A stretch of DNA of 52,630 nucleotides from a virus (taxonomy: Duplodnaviria; Caudoviricetes). Position 1 is the stretch's first letter; every line of letters starts with the position of its first letter. Positions 28,086 to 36,424 of the stretch are shown here, piece by piece. Location of the stretch: the IMG/VR virus record IMGVR_UViG_3300025093_000028, positions 1 through 52,630 of that record. The stretch is one strand, 5' to 3'. The translations under genes were made by a program, and so were the position numbers. The notes below the pieces were generated by a model that saw nothing but the letters and a program-made list of their open reading frames with translations, made no database searches and was not told where the DNA came from.

Positions 28086-28322
28086 ATGAAGAAGAGGAAG
28101 TGGACAAACATCAATGGTAAATGGCGCATAGTACCTGATACACAGGAAGCAATGAAGGGTGCAAGATTTATTCCTTGTAATGAGGACAGTCAAGTTTATA
28201 ACTGGCAGAGAACTCACAAGAAAGCATGGGTGAATCATGAGAATGGACCTACAGGTGCATATGTGCCAAGAAGCATGGAAGATGTTAAGAAAGAACTAAA
28301 AAAGAAAAAGAAGAAGAGATGA
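28086..28322 (+). CDS. Hypothetical basic protein
   Basis: 78 aa, overlaps the helicase start (ATGA). Confidence 0.55.
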   Translation: MKKRKWTNINGKWRIVPDTQEAMKGARFIPCNEDSQVYNWQRTHKKAWVNHENGPTGAYVPRSMEDVKKELKKKKKKR

Positions 28323-29383
28323 GTTTTGAATTACTAAAACAGGAAGTGCAAAAAGGTCTTGATGGACGCAATGGAGGTATACCTATGGGTTTTAACAGGC
28401 TCAACAGGTATGTAGGTATCAGAAAGGCTATGTACTATCTTATTGGTGGTCTCACTGGTTCTGGTAAGACTAGCTTCATTGATGATGCTTTTGTTCTTAA
28501 TCCAGTAGACTGGGCTCTATCACCAGAAGGTAGAGCTTCAGGGATTAAAGTGAAAGTGTGGTATAGATCCATGGAGCGTAGTAGAACATACAAGCTTGCT
28601 AAATGGACTGCACGTAAGATATTCTTTGACCAAGGAATTATTATACCAGTGAATAAGCTATTGGGTTGGACAGAAAAGATGACTAAGAATGAGCATGACT
28701 TGTTCCTTATGTATGAAGACTATATGAATGAGCTGTCTGAACTTGTAACAATCATTGATGGTCCTGAGAATCCTGTAGGTATTGCTAAAGAACTCAAAGC
28801 TTATGCACTAGAACGTGGTGAGATAGTACAAGAGGACCAATACAATAAGATATATATTCCAAACAATCCTAATGAGATAACTCTTGTTGTACTAGATCAC
28901 ATTGGTCTACTTAAGACAACTAGAGATCAACCAACTAAGAAACAGGCTATTGACAAGATGAGTGATGAACTTAGATATGCTCGTGACTTCTATGGTCATA
29001 GTCCTGTTGTTGTTAGTCAGTTCAACAGATCTATATCTAATCCCATCAGGATAAAGAATGGTGATGTTGAACCACAGCTAGAGGATTTTGCAGACAGTTC
29101 AAGCACACAGAACGATAGTGATGTATGTATGGCATTGTTTGATCCTATGCGTTACAATGTTGAAGACCCATCTGGTTACAACCTCAACAAGCTAAGAGAT
29201 GAATACGGTGGTAAGTATTTTAGAAGCCTTCGTGTAATTAAGAATAGCTATGGTGAGGATGATATCAGAATTGGTCTTGCATTCTTAGGCCAGATAGGTA
29301 TGTTCAAGGAACTACCTAGACGTAGAAACATAACTGATTCAGACTATGAGTCAGTAATAAACAAATCATTTTTTATATCATGA
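28319..29383 (+). CDS. dnaB: Replicative DnaB-like (SF4) helicase
   Basis: GGLTGSGKT Walker A, SME, VVLDHIGLL, VSQFNR, QNDSDV, IKNSYG. Confidence 0.85.
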   Translation: MSFELLKQEVQKGLDGRNGGIPMGFNRLNRYVGIRKAMYYLIGGLTGSGKTSFIDDAFVLNPVDWALSPEGRASGIKVKVWYRSMERSRTYKLAKWTARKIFFDQGIIIPVNKLLGWTEKMTKNEHDLFLMYEDYMNELSELVTIIDGPENPVGIAKELKAYALERGEIVQEDQYNKIYIPNNPNEITLVVLDHIGLLKTTRDQPTKKQAIDKMSDELRYARDFYGHSPVVVSQFNRSISNPIRIKNGDVEPQLEDFADSSSTQNDSDVCMALFDPMRYNVEDPSGYNLNKLRDEYGGKYFRSLRVIKNSYGEDDIRIGLAFLGQIGMFKELPRRRNITDSDYESVINKSFFIS

Positions 29384-30465
29384 CACTAAGAGATAAACGA
29401 CAAGCAGAGTTTGCTGACATGTGGTGGAATCATGGAAAGTTTGGGATCCTCAACTTATGTCCTAGGTTTGGTAAGATAAGAACTACAATTAACATCTTGA
29501 AGAAGATGAAACCTGATTGTAGTGTTCTTATTGCCTATCCTGATAACAAGATTAAGCAGTCTTGGATAGAGGACTTTGAGGAGATGAAGTATGAGAATGA
29601 TAACATCACATACACGACACACCTGTCTATACACAAACACACAGGTACAGAGTTTGACATAGTTGTTATTGATGAGATACATCTACTGAGTGAAGCACAA
29701 ATAGGTGCATGTGTAGACTTATTCTCTATCAATGATAACATACTTGGTCTCACTGGTACACTATCTAAGTGGACAAAGCGTACACTTAGAGACGATCTAT
29801 CACTATCTGTAATTGCAGAATATCCCATTGAAAAAGCAATTGAAGAGGGTGTTATAGTGGACTACCAGATAACTGTAGTGAATGTACCACTGGACAATGT
29901 TGTTCGCAATGAGTATGGAAAGAAGAAAATCAAGAAGACAGAGTTGCAACAGTTTAAATATCTAACAGGTACTATAAACAGAATGATGTACAGTGGTGGT
30001 AACACTATGTTTATGAGACTAGCAAGGATGCGTCTCATCCAGAGTAGCTTGGCTAAGCTAAACAAAACCAAACAGCTGCTACAGCAGTATAAGGATGAGC
30101 GTGTTCTTGTATTTTGTGGAACTACAAAGATAGCAGATAGTCTAGGTATACCATCTCACCACAGTAAGTCTAAAGACAAAGAAGCTTTTAAGAAGTTTGC
30201 TGAGGGTGAGGGTACACACATGGCTGTTGTGAAGATTGGTAATACAGGAATCACATACAAACCATTGAACAAAGTGATTATAAACTACTTTGATAGTAAT
30301 GCAGAGAACTTAGCACAGAAGATAAACAGATGTATGGCTATGGAATACAACACTCCTAACAAGAAAGCAGACATCTATATCATCTGTTCTAACGAGAGTG
30401 TTGAAGAAAAATGGCTTAATAAAGCACTAGAATTCTTTGACAAAAAGAAGATAAATTACGCATAA
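29380..30465 (+). CDS. Superfamily 2 helicase (DExH)
   Basis: PRFGK motif I variant, VIDEIH, LGLTGT, QKINR. Confidence 0.8.
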   Translation: MTLRDKRQAEFADMWWNHGKFGILNLCPRFGKIRTTINILKKMKPDCSVLIAYPDNKIKQSWIEDFEEMKYENDNITYTTHLSIHKHTGTEFDIVVIDEIHLLSEAQIGACVDLFSINDNILGLTGTLSKWTKRTLRDDLSLSVIAEYPIEKAIEEGVIVDYQITVVNVPLDNVVRNEYGKKKIKKTELQQFKYLTGTINRMMYSGGNTMFMRLARMRLIQSSLAKLNKTKQLLQQYKDERVLVFCGTTKIADSLGIPSHHSKSKDKEAFKKFAEGEGTHMAVVKIGNTGITYKPLNKVIINYFDSNAENLAQKINRCMAMEYNTPNKKADIYIICSNESVEEKWLNKALEFFDKKKINYA

Positions 30466-30470
30466 TTTCG

Positions 30471-30478
30471 TATATTTG
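30471..30478 (+). promoter_or_regulatory. Bacteroidota-type -7 promoter box
   Basis: TATATTTG in the intergenic gap before the ATPase gene. Confidence 0.6.
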
Positions 30479-30511
30479 TAAATATAATAACTACATAATA
30501 AATAAATAAAA

Positions 30512-31180
30512 ATGAGTTCAAAATTGATTGGAGTTGTTGGTGAAACTGGGACAGGTAAATCAACAGCAATTAAACACTTAGATCCAAAAGAGAGCTACAT
30601 TATCAACGTTGCAAAGAAGGAATTGCCTTTCAAAGGATCAGGCAAGCTTTACAATGAAGATAATAGAAACTACAAAGAGATCGATGACCCAACAGAAATC
30701 ACAAGACTTTTAAAGACTATTTCAGAAAAGGCCCCTCACATTAAAAACATAGTTATTGAGGACAGCAATTACCTCATGGGTTTCAGAATGGTAGAGAAAG
30801 CTATGGAAACAGGCTTTACTAAGTTTAGTGTGATGGCTAAAGACATGGTTGACATGTTCAGAACTGCACGCTCACTACGAGATGATTTGTGTATATTCTA
30901 CTTCTCTCATCCAGAGACTATTGAAGATGCTGGTGAGATAGTGGGATACAAAATCAAAACTGCAGGGAAGCTTATTGATAACCAAGTCTTACTTGAAGGC
31001 TTACTAACTGTTTGTTTGTACACAGATGTTGAAGAAACCAAAGATGGTGTAAAATACAGCTTCCTTACAAACAGATATAGAAAGAAGCCTGCTAAGAGTC
31101 CTGATGGTATGTTTCACGAAACAAAAATACCTAACGATTTGCAATACGTAAAAGATCATGTAATAGAATACTATAATTAA
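30512..31180 (+). CDS. AAA/Sak4-like ATPase
   Basis: GETGTGKST, KELPFKG, IVIEDSNY, KIKTAGKL, AKSPDGMF, IPNDL. Confidence 0.8.
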   Translation: MSSKLIGVVGETGTGKSTAIKHLDPKESYIINVAKKELPFKGSGKLYNEDNRNYKEIDDPTEITRLLKTISEKAPHIKNIVIEDSNYLMGFRMVEKAMETGFTKFSVMAKDMVDMFRTARSLRDDLCIFYFSHPETIEDAGEIVGYKIKTAGKLIDNQVLLEGLLTVCLYTDVEETKDGVKYSFLTNRYRKKPAKSPDGMFHETKIPNDLQYVKDHVIEYYN

Positions 31181-31198
31181 TAATTAAAATTTAAATTT

Positions 31199-32080
31199 AT
31201 GAGTACAATTGGAGGAGTAAAAAGAGAATCCGCAATTAACAGTGAAAACACAGCTTACCCAAAGAAGGTGGGCTTATTTGAGGCTAACGTAATAGCCATT
31301 AACCCAACTATAGAAGAATACAATACAGTGCTTGGTATGGAGCTTAATCCAGAAAGTAAAGTTACAGAGTATCTTGGAACAACAAAAGATGGCAATACAT
31401 ATCTTCGTGTAGATGTATGGTTGCAGGACATCAAAAGTCAAGATAACTTCAAGGTGAGCTTCTTCTTGGAAGACAGAGAAAGAGAGAACCGTGATGGGAC
31501 TAAAAAACAATATATTAATAGTGTAGGTGTAACAGCTTGGGCTGCTGATGAGAATGACTTATGGGATTGGTTTACTAATGGACGTGACTATCGTGTTGCA
31601 TACATTGGTGAAGAAGACTTATATGAGTTTATTCGTACGTGGTTAGGAAAGCTAGACTATCGTCATGCAGATACAGTTCTACAGCTAGACTGGAAGAAAC
31701 TTATGCGTGGTAACATCAATGATCTTAAAGGTGAGGTTGATGGTGAATGGTGTAACTCTGTCGTAGCTCTAGCAACTGTTGTTGTTAAAGAGCGTGATGG
31801 TGAGACTAAAGAATACCAAGGTATTTACAATAAAGGATTCTTGTCTGGATACACTATGAAACAATTTAGACTTGTTGACTATACAGATCAACGTACGCTA
31901 AACAGTCTTAGATCTAGAAAGCCACGTGAACTTAAACCACATGAGAAGTTTGTTGTTAGAGTGACAGGAGAATATGGATGTAAAGATTATTACATTCTTA
32001 AAGAGCTTGAGGAATATAATCCTGGAGACAACCTAGTTGCATCTGATAACTATATATCTGATGATGGTTCAGACTACTAA
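31199..32080 (+). CDS. Putative ssDNA-binding protein
   Basis: 293 aa after the Sak4-like ATPase; beta-rich; acidic-aromatic tail (SDDGSDY); followed by a terminator. Confidence 0.45.
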   Translation: MSTIGGVKRESAINSENTAYPKKVGLFEANVIAINPTIEEYNTVLGMELNPESKVTEYLGTTKDGNTYLRVDVWLQDIKSQDNFKVSFFLEDRERENRDGTKKQYINSVGVTAWAADENDLWDWFTNGRDYRVAYIGEEDLYEFIRTWLGKLDYRHADTVLQLDWKKLMRGNINDLKGEVDGEWCNSVVALATVVVKERDGETKEYQGIYNKGFLSGYTMKQFRLVDYTDQRTLNSLRSRKPRELKPHEKFVVRVTGEYGCKDYYILKELEEYNPGDNLVASDNYISDDGSDY

Positions 32081-32099
32081 AAAATAAATGTTTAATCAT

Positions 32100-32133
32100 A
32101 AAAGGTCCCTTTCTTAATTGATGGGGGCCTTTT
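32100..32133 (+). terminator. Intrinsic terminator
   Basis: AAAGGTCCC...GGGGCCTTTT stem with G-U pair, A-run before and T-run after. Confidence 0.6.
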
Positions 32134-32148
32134 CTATTATATAAAACT

Positions 32149-33162
32149 ATGATAGGAGGAGTAAAGAGACAGAATAATAATGTAACAGCAGAAGCTATTC
32201 TATCAAAAATATCAGAGTATGATATCTTCAGGTTTTATATGCCTAACAAGGATTGGAAGCTAGGACAAGCAACCTATTCTCCATTCAGAGATGAGAGAAA
32301 CCCATCATTCCTAATTGGTGTTAGAGGAGACTCTATAAATTTTATTGACTTTGGTGACACCAGTATGAAAGGTGATTGTTTTGAGTTTGTAAAGAAACTA
32401 TACAACGTACGTACATTCAATGAGGTGCTGCGAAAGATTGATTATGATTTCAGTCTTGGTATTGGTTCAGGATCTAATTCACAAGAGTACAAAACTATAG
32501 TGAAGAAATATTCTCAACCAGATGTAGTCTCTAAAGACTACTCTTTTATTCAGGTGAAGACTAGAAACTTTACACATGAAGAGTTAGCCTATTGGAATGA
32601 TTACTATCAGGATATAGATGATCTCAAAGCTAACAACATATATTCTATTGCTGAGGTGTATCTAAACAAGAAGCGTATTGTTATACCAGACAATGAGCTT
32701 AGGTTTGGTTACCTGTATGATGGCCACTGGAAGATATATAGACCATTCTCTGATAGAAGATGGAAGTGGATGCCTAACAATGTACCAATCACTGCTATGG
32801 ATGGTAAAGATGACATCAAAGATTGTGATGTTGCGTTTATCAATAAGAGCAAGAAGGACTACATGGTTATGAAGAAACTATATCCGTGTTGTTGTGCTGT
32901 TCAAAATGAGGGTATGGGATGTTTTTCTGATGAGAATGTACAGTTCTTGAAAGACAACTCAAACAGACAGATACTATCGTTTGACAGTGATGATACAGGC
33001 GTATCAAACAGTAAGAAGGTCACTGAGATGTTTGGTTTTGACTATTGTAATGTTCCCAGAAAGTTCCTTAAAGAAGGAATCAAAGATTGGGCAGATCTTG
33101 CAAAGGTTCATGGACTAAAAGTGATAGAAGAATACTTAATAAATAAAAACATAATACAATAA
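32149..33162 (+). CDS. dnaG: DNA primase (DnaG/TOPRIM, crAss-type)
   Basis: Degenerate ZBD SPFRDERNPSF..FIDFG; KIYRP; NKSKKD; FDSDDTG; KDWAD. Confidence 0.85.
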   Translation: MIGGVKRQNNNVTAEAILSKISEYDIFRFYMPNKDWKLGQATYSPFRDERNPSFLIGVRGDSINFIDFGDTSMKGDCFEFVKKLYNVRTFNEVLRKIDYDFSLGIGSGSNSQEYKTIVKKYSQPDVVSKDYSFIQVKTRNFTHEELAYWNDYYQDIDDLKANNIYSIAEVYLNKKRIVIPDNELRFGYLYDGHWKIYRPFSDRRWKWMPNNVPITAMDGKDDIKDCDVAFINKSKKDYMVMKKLYPCCCAVQNEGMGCFSDENVQFLKDNSNRQILSFDSDDTGVSNSKKVTEMFGFDYCNVPRKFLKEGIKDWADLAKVHGLKVIEEYLINKNIIQ

Positions 33163-33164
33163 AA

Positions 33165-33959
33165 ATGGAAGCAAGAATCAAAAACAGTGCACAAGCTAAA
33201 AATCTATTGTTAAGTGCACCAGTACCCAAAGAAACAAAAACCTACAAACCTGTAAGCCACAGAGAGCTTATAGACTTAACTCTTGAGAGTATATACCAGT
33301 CAGGATATACATTAGAGAGTCAAAGTTATTCTACAGCAAGAAATGGTGATGTTGCTAATGGTAGATATACAATAGCTAATGTTGCTGATAGTGAAATGAA
33401 ATTACAAATAGGTTGGCAGAACAGCTATGATAAGAGTTTAGCTCTTAAGTTTGCTCTTGGTACATCAATCATCATTTGTTCTAATGGTATGGTGAAAGGT
33501 GATCACGGAGCTTTTAGAAAGAAGCACCAAGGAGATATACAAACCTTTACACCAGCAGCTATATCAGAATACATAAAAGGTGGTGGTGATGCTTTTCAAG
33601 ACTTACAGAAAGATCGTGATGCATTAAAGCAATACGAAGCTACAGAACAAACTCAAGCAGAGCTGTTAGGTAGATTGTTTCTTCAGGAAGAAATCATTAC
33701 ATCTACACAGCTAAATATAGTTAAGAGAGAACTTAGAAATCCAACTCATGACTATGGTGCACAGGGAAGCATGTGGGAACTTTACAATCATGTTACATTT
33801 GCATTGAAAGAAGCACATCCATCAGATTGGATGCAAGATCATATAGATGTTCATAACTTCTTTATTAATCACACCAATAATATTACACAAGAGATGCAAG
33901 CAGATGCAGACATGTTTGCAGCTGTACTTAGTAATCAATTAGATATGTTTCAATCATGA
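33165..33959 (+). CDS. DUF932/DUF945-like protein
   Basis: YKPVSH, WQNSYDKS, ICSNGM, WELYNHVTFALK. Confidence 0.7.
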   Translation: MEARIKNSAQAKNLLLSAPVPKETKTYKPVSHRELIDLTLESIYQSGYTLESQSYSTARNGDVANGRYTIANVADSEMKLQIGWQNSYDKSLALKFALGTSIIICSNGMVKGDHGAFRKKHQGDIQTFTPAAISEYIKGGGDAFQDLQKDRDALKQYEATEQTQAELLGRLFLQEEIITSTQLNIVKRELRNPTHDYGAQGSMWELYNHVTFALKEAHPSDWMQDHIDVHNFFINHTNNITQEMQADADMFAAVLSNQLDMFQS

Positions 33960-34189
33960 CAGTTAATGAATATGTAAACAACCTTGTACAGTTGTTAAAA
34001 AAAGATCCTGAGATAGGTGAATTAGAAGTAATCTATTCTCAGGACGCAGAGGGTAACTCTTACCAGAAGGTATTCTACACTCCATCAATTATGAAGACAG
34101 AGGGATTGGAGAATGCATATGTCACAGGAGTGATGAATATAGACCCAGATGAGATAGATGTAGAAACAAGTGCATTATGTATTAACTGA
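33956..34189 (+). CDS. Hypothetical protein
   Basis: 77 aa, SQDAEGNSY motif; coupled to both neighbours. Confidence 0.6.
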   Translation: MTVNEYVNNLVQLLKKDPEIGELEVIYSQDAEGNSYQKVFYTPSIMKTEGLENAYVTGVMNIDPDEIDVETSALCIN

Positions 34190-35070
34190 TGAGACGTACA
34201 TTAGTAACAGGAGGTGTGGGATTCATAGGATCTCATGTAGTTGAAAGACTAACTGAGTTAGGTGAAGAAGTGATCATACTAGATAACTTCAGCACTGGTA
34301 AGATGCAAAACTTACCAAAGCTAGAACCTGCACCTCTCATCACAATATATGAATTGGGAAGCAATCAGTGGGGTGGATTACCTGATATGGACTTTGACAC
34401 TCTTATTCATCTAGCTGCACCTGTATCAGTTGAAGAGAGTTTGTCAAACCCAGATAAATATCATCGTCAAATTGTAGAGGGTAGTGCTCAGTTGTTTGAT
34501 TGGGCAATAAGGAATGGCTGTAAGAACATAGTGGTAGCATCAACAGCTGCTGTATATGGAGATACAGAAACATTTCCTACAACAGAAGATAGTAAGTTAT
34601 CTCCTGGATCACCTTATGCATCATCTAAACTAGCAATGGAAGAGCTTTGTATGCAATATGATGCAAACTTTTCAGTGTTAAGATTCTTCAATGTGTTTGG
34701 AGAAAGACAGAAAGATAGGGGAGGATATGTATCAGCTATACCTATATTCTATAAACAATATGGAAACCGTGATAGCTTAACAGTTACAGGAGATGGTCAA
34801 CAGACCAGAGACTTTGTATATGTTAAAGATGTTGTTGATGCTATTATAGCTTCGATAGGTTACAATGGTATTTGGAATGTAGGATCTGGTGAAGAGGTTA
34901 AGATTATAGATGTAGCTAAAGCATTTAGTGACAATATAGAGTTTATACCTGCTAGAAAGGAAGCTAGGAGATCTCTCAGTGACATCTCTAAGATAAAAGA
35001 AGACTTGGGATGGTCTCCACAAGTAAGTTTAATTAATTGGATAAAATCAATAAAGAATGAAATGGGATAA
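34189..35070 (+). CDS. NAD-dependent nucleotide-sugar epimerase/dehydratase (extended SDR, GalE/WbpP-like)
   Basis: VTGGVGFIGSH, HLAA, STAAVYG, YASSK (YxxxK), LRFFNVFG, GDGQQTRDFVYVKDV. Confidence 0.9.
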   Translation: MRRTLVTGGVGFIGSHVVERLTELGEEVIILDNFSTGKMQNLPKLEPAPLITIYELGSNQWGGLPDMDFDTLIHLAAPVSVEESLSNPDKYHRQIVEGSAQLFDWAIRNGCKNIVVASTAAVYGDTETFPTTEDSKLSPGSPYASSKLAMEELCMQYDANFSVLRFFNVFGERQKDRGGYVSAIPIFYKQYGNRDSLTVTGDGQQTRDFVYVKDVVDAIIASIGYNGIWNVGSGEEVKIIDVAKAFSDNIEFIPARKEARRSLSDISKIKEDLGWSPQVSLINWIKSIKNEMG

Positions 35071-35779
35071 TTTTAAAGAACACTTTCACCCATCGTGGCA
35101 TAATAAAATGAAACCATTTATAGAGAGCAATGAATGTGATGAGATATATGCATTCTTGAAGAAAGAGAGTAAGAGGGGCAAGCAAATTGCTCCTCTGTCA
35201 TCTCAGGTCTATAGATGTTTTAAGGAAACACCACTGGATGAAGTGAAAGCAGTGATTGTGGGCATGTGTCCCTATCACACATTTAAGAACGGATTACCTG
35301 TAGCAGATGGTTTGCTTATGGGATGTTCAATAACAGGCTATGTACAACCTTCTTTGAAGAACTTCTACAAAGCACTAGAGACTGAGTTCCACAGAGGACT
35401 TAATCTAAGTTATGATCCATCTCCTGATGTAGCATATCTAGCAGAACAGGGAATACTAATGCTTAACGTAGCACTCACCACTGAGAAGAACAAAGCTGGT
35501 AGTCACATAGATGTATGGGAACCATTCACAAAGTATTTATTTGAAGAGGTTCTTAATCCACTAGGTGTACCATATGTCTTTCTTGGTAAAGATGCTGGTA
35601 GGTATACGAGATATACAGGAATCTTTGCTCACACATTTGTTGTGAGTCATCCAGCCAGTGCTTCTTACAAGGGTGTTGATTGGGACAGTGAGGGTGTGTT
35701 TACAAAAGTGGATACACTAATTTATGAAAACAACGGATTTAGCATCAACTGGTTAAAAGATGCAGAAGATCCATTTTAA
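35057..35779 (+). CDS. ung: Uracil-DNA glycosylase family 1-like protein with altered active site
   Basis: VKAVIVGMCPYH (canonical GQDPYH), PSLKN, QGILMLNVALT, GSH..WEPF, FLGKDA, SHPAS. Confidence 0.8.
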   Translation: MKWDNFKEHFHPSWHNKMKPFIESNECDEIYAFLKKESKRGKQIAPLSSQVYRCFKETPLDEVKAVIVGMCPYHTFKNGLPVADGLLMGCSITGYVQPSLKNFYKALETEFHRGLNLSYDPSPDVAYLAEQGILMLNVALTTEKNKAGSHIDVWEPFTKYLFEEVLNPLGVPYVFLGKDAGRYTRYTGIFAHTFVVSHPASASYKGVDWDSEGVFTKVDTLIYENNGFSINWLKDAEDPF

Positions 35780-35790
35780 AAACAGAAACA

Positions 35791-36132
35791 ATGATAAGAG
35801 GAACATTAACAGAAGATCCTAGTGTATTAGCACCAGGAGATGAAATTATTACTAACCAAGGCTCAGAGATGAGATGTTATGTAGTGGAAGAAATTCCACG
35901 AGTTAGTAAAAAGAAAGTATGGTGGAACGGTAAAACAAGATATATAGCTGTAAAGTGTAGAGCTGCTATGACACAAAAAACCACGTCACATGTAAATTCG
36001 TGGAATGGTAAGACTTACACTAACACTTACAAAACGTACGAGTTCAGAGTGCCTAATGAGAATGATCCAATAATTAAGGTGGATCTAAACTTTAAACAAA
36101 TGTATATAATTAATAAATTTAACAATGGATAA
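35791..36132 (+). CDS. Hypothetical SH3/KOW-like protein, paralog 1
   Basis: LAPGDEIIT...KVDLNFKQMYII. Confidence 0.6.
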   Translation: MIRGTLTEDPSVLAPGDEIITNQGSEMRCYVVEEIPRVSKKKVWWNGKTRYIAVKCRAAMTQKTTSHVNSWNGKTYTNTYKTYEFRVPNENDPIIKVDLNFKQMYIINKFNNG

Positions 36133-36409
36133 CACAGTAAACAGACCGATTAAGAAAGAAGATCTCCAAGTGGGAGATGAAGTGATTGTACGAGGTGTAG
36201 ACCTCAACTACATGCAAATTGTAAGACCTCCAAAACAAAAACAATCTAAAGATTGGCAGGGAAATCCTTGTACAGTGTGGACATCAGCTGTATGTAATAG
36301 AATCAACAGTAAGTTTGATAAGAAATGGGATACAGATGATAAGGATAATGTAAGATTTGACTTTGAATATAAGTCTATCTGGTTAGTAAAACGAGGAGAT
36401 AATAATTAA
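36125..36409 (+). CDS. Hypothetical SH3/KOW-like protein, paralog 2
   Basis: LQVGDEVIV...RFDFEYKSIWLV. Confidence 0.6.
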   Translation: MDNTVNRPIKKEDLQVGDEVIVRGVDLNYMQIVRPPKQKQSKDWQGNPCTVWTSAVCNRINSKFDKKWDTDDKDNVRFDFEYKSIWLVKRGDNN

Positions 36410-36424
36410 TAAATAAGAACAGAA

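Noticed and set aside
32149-33162. Primase lacking Zn-finger Cys and the TOPRIM EG motif (NKSKKD)
   Set aside because: These deviations are, as I recall, usual for crAss-like primases, so they are not evidence of inactivation or novelty.
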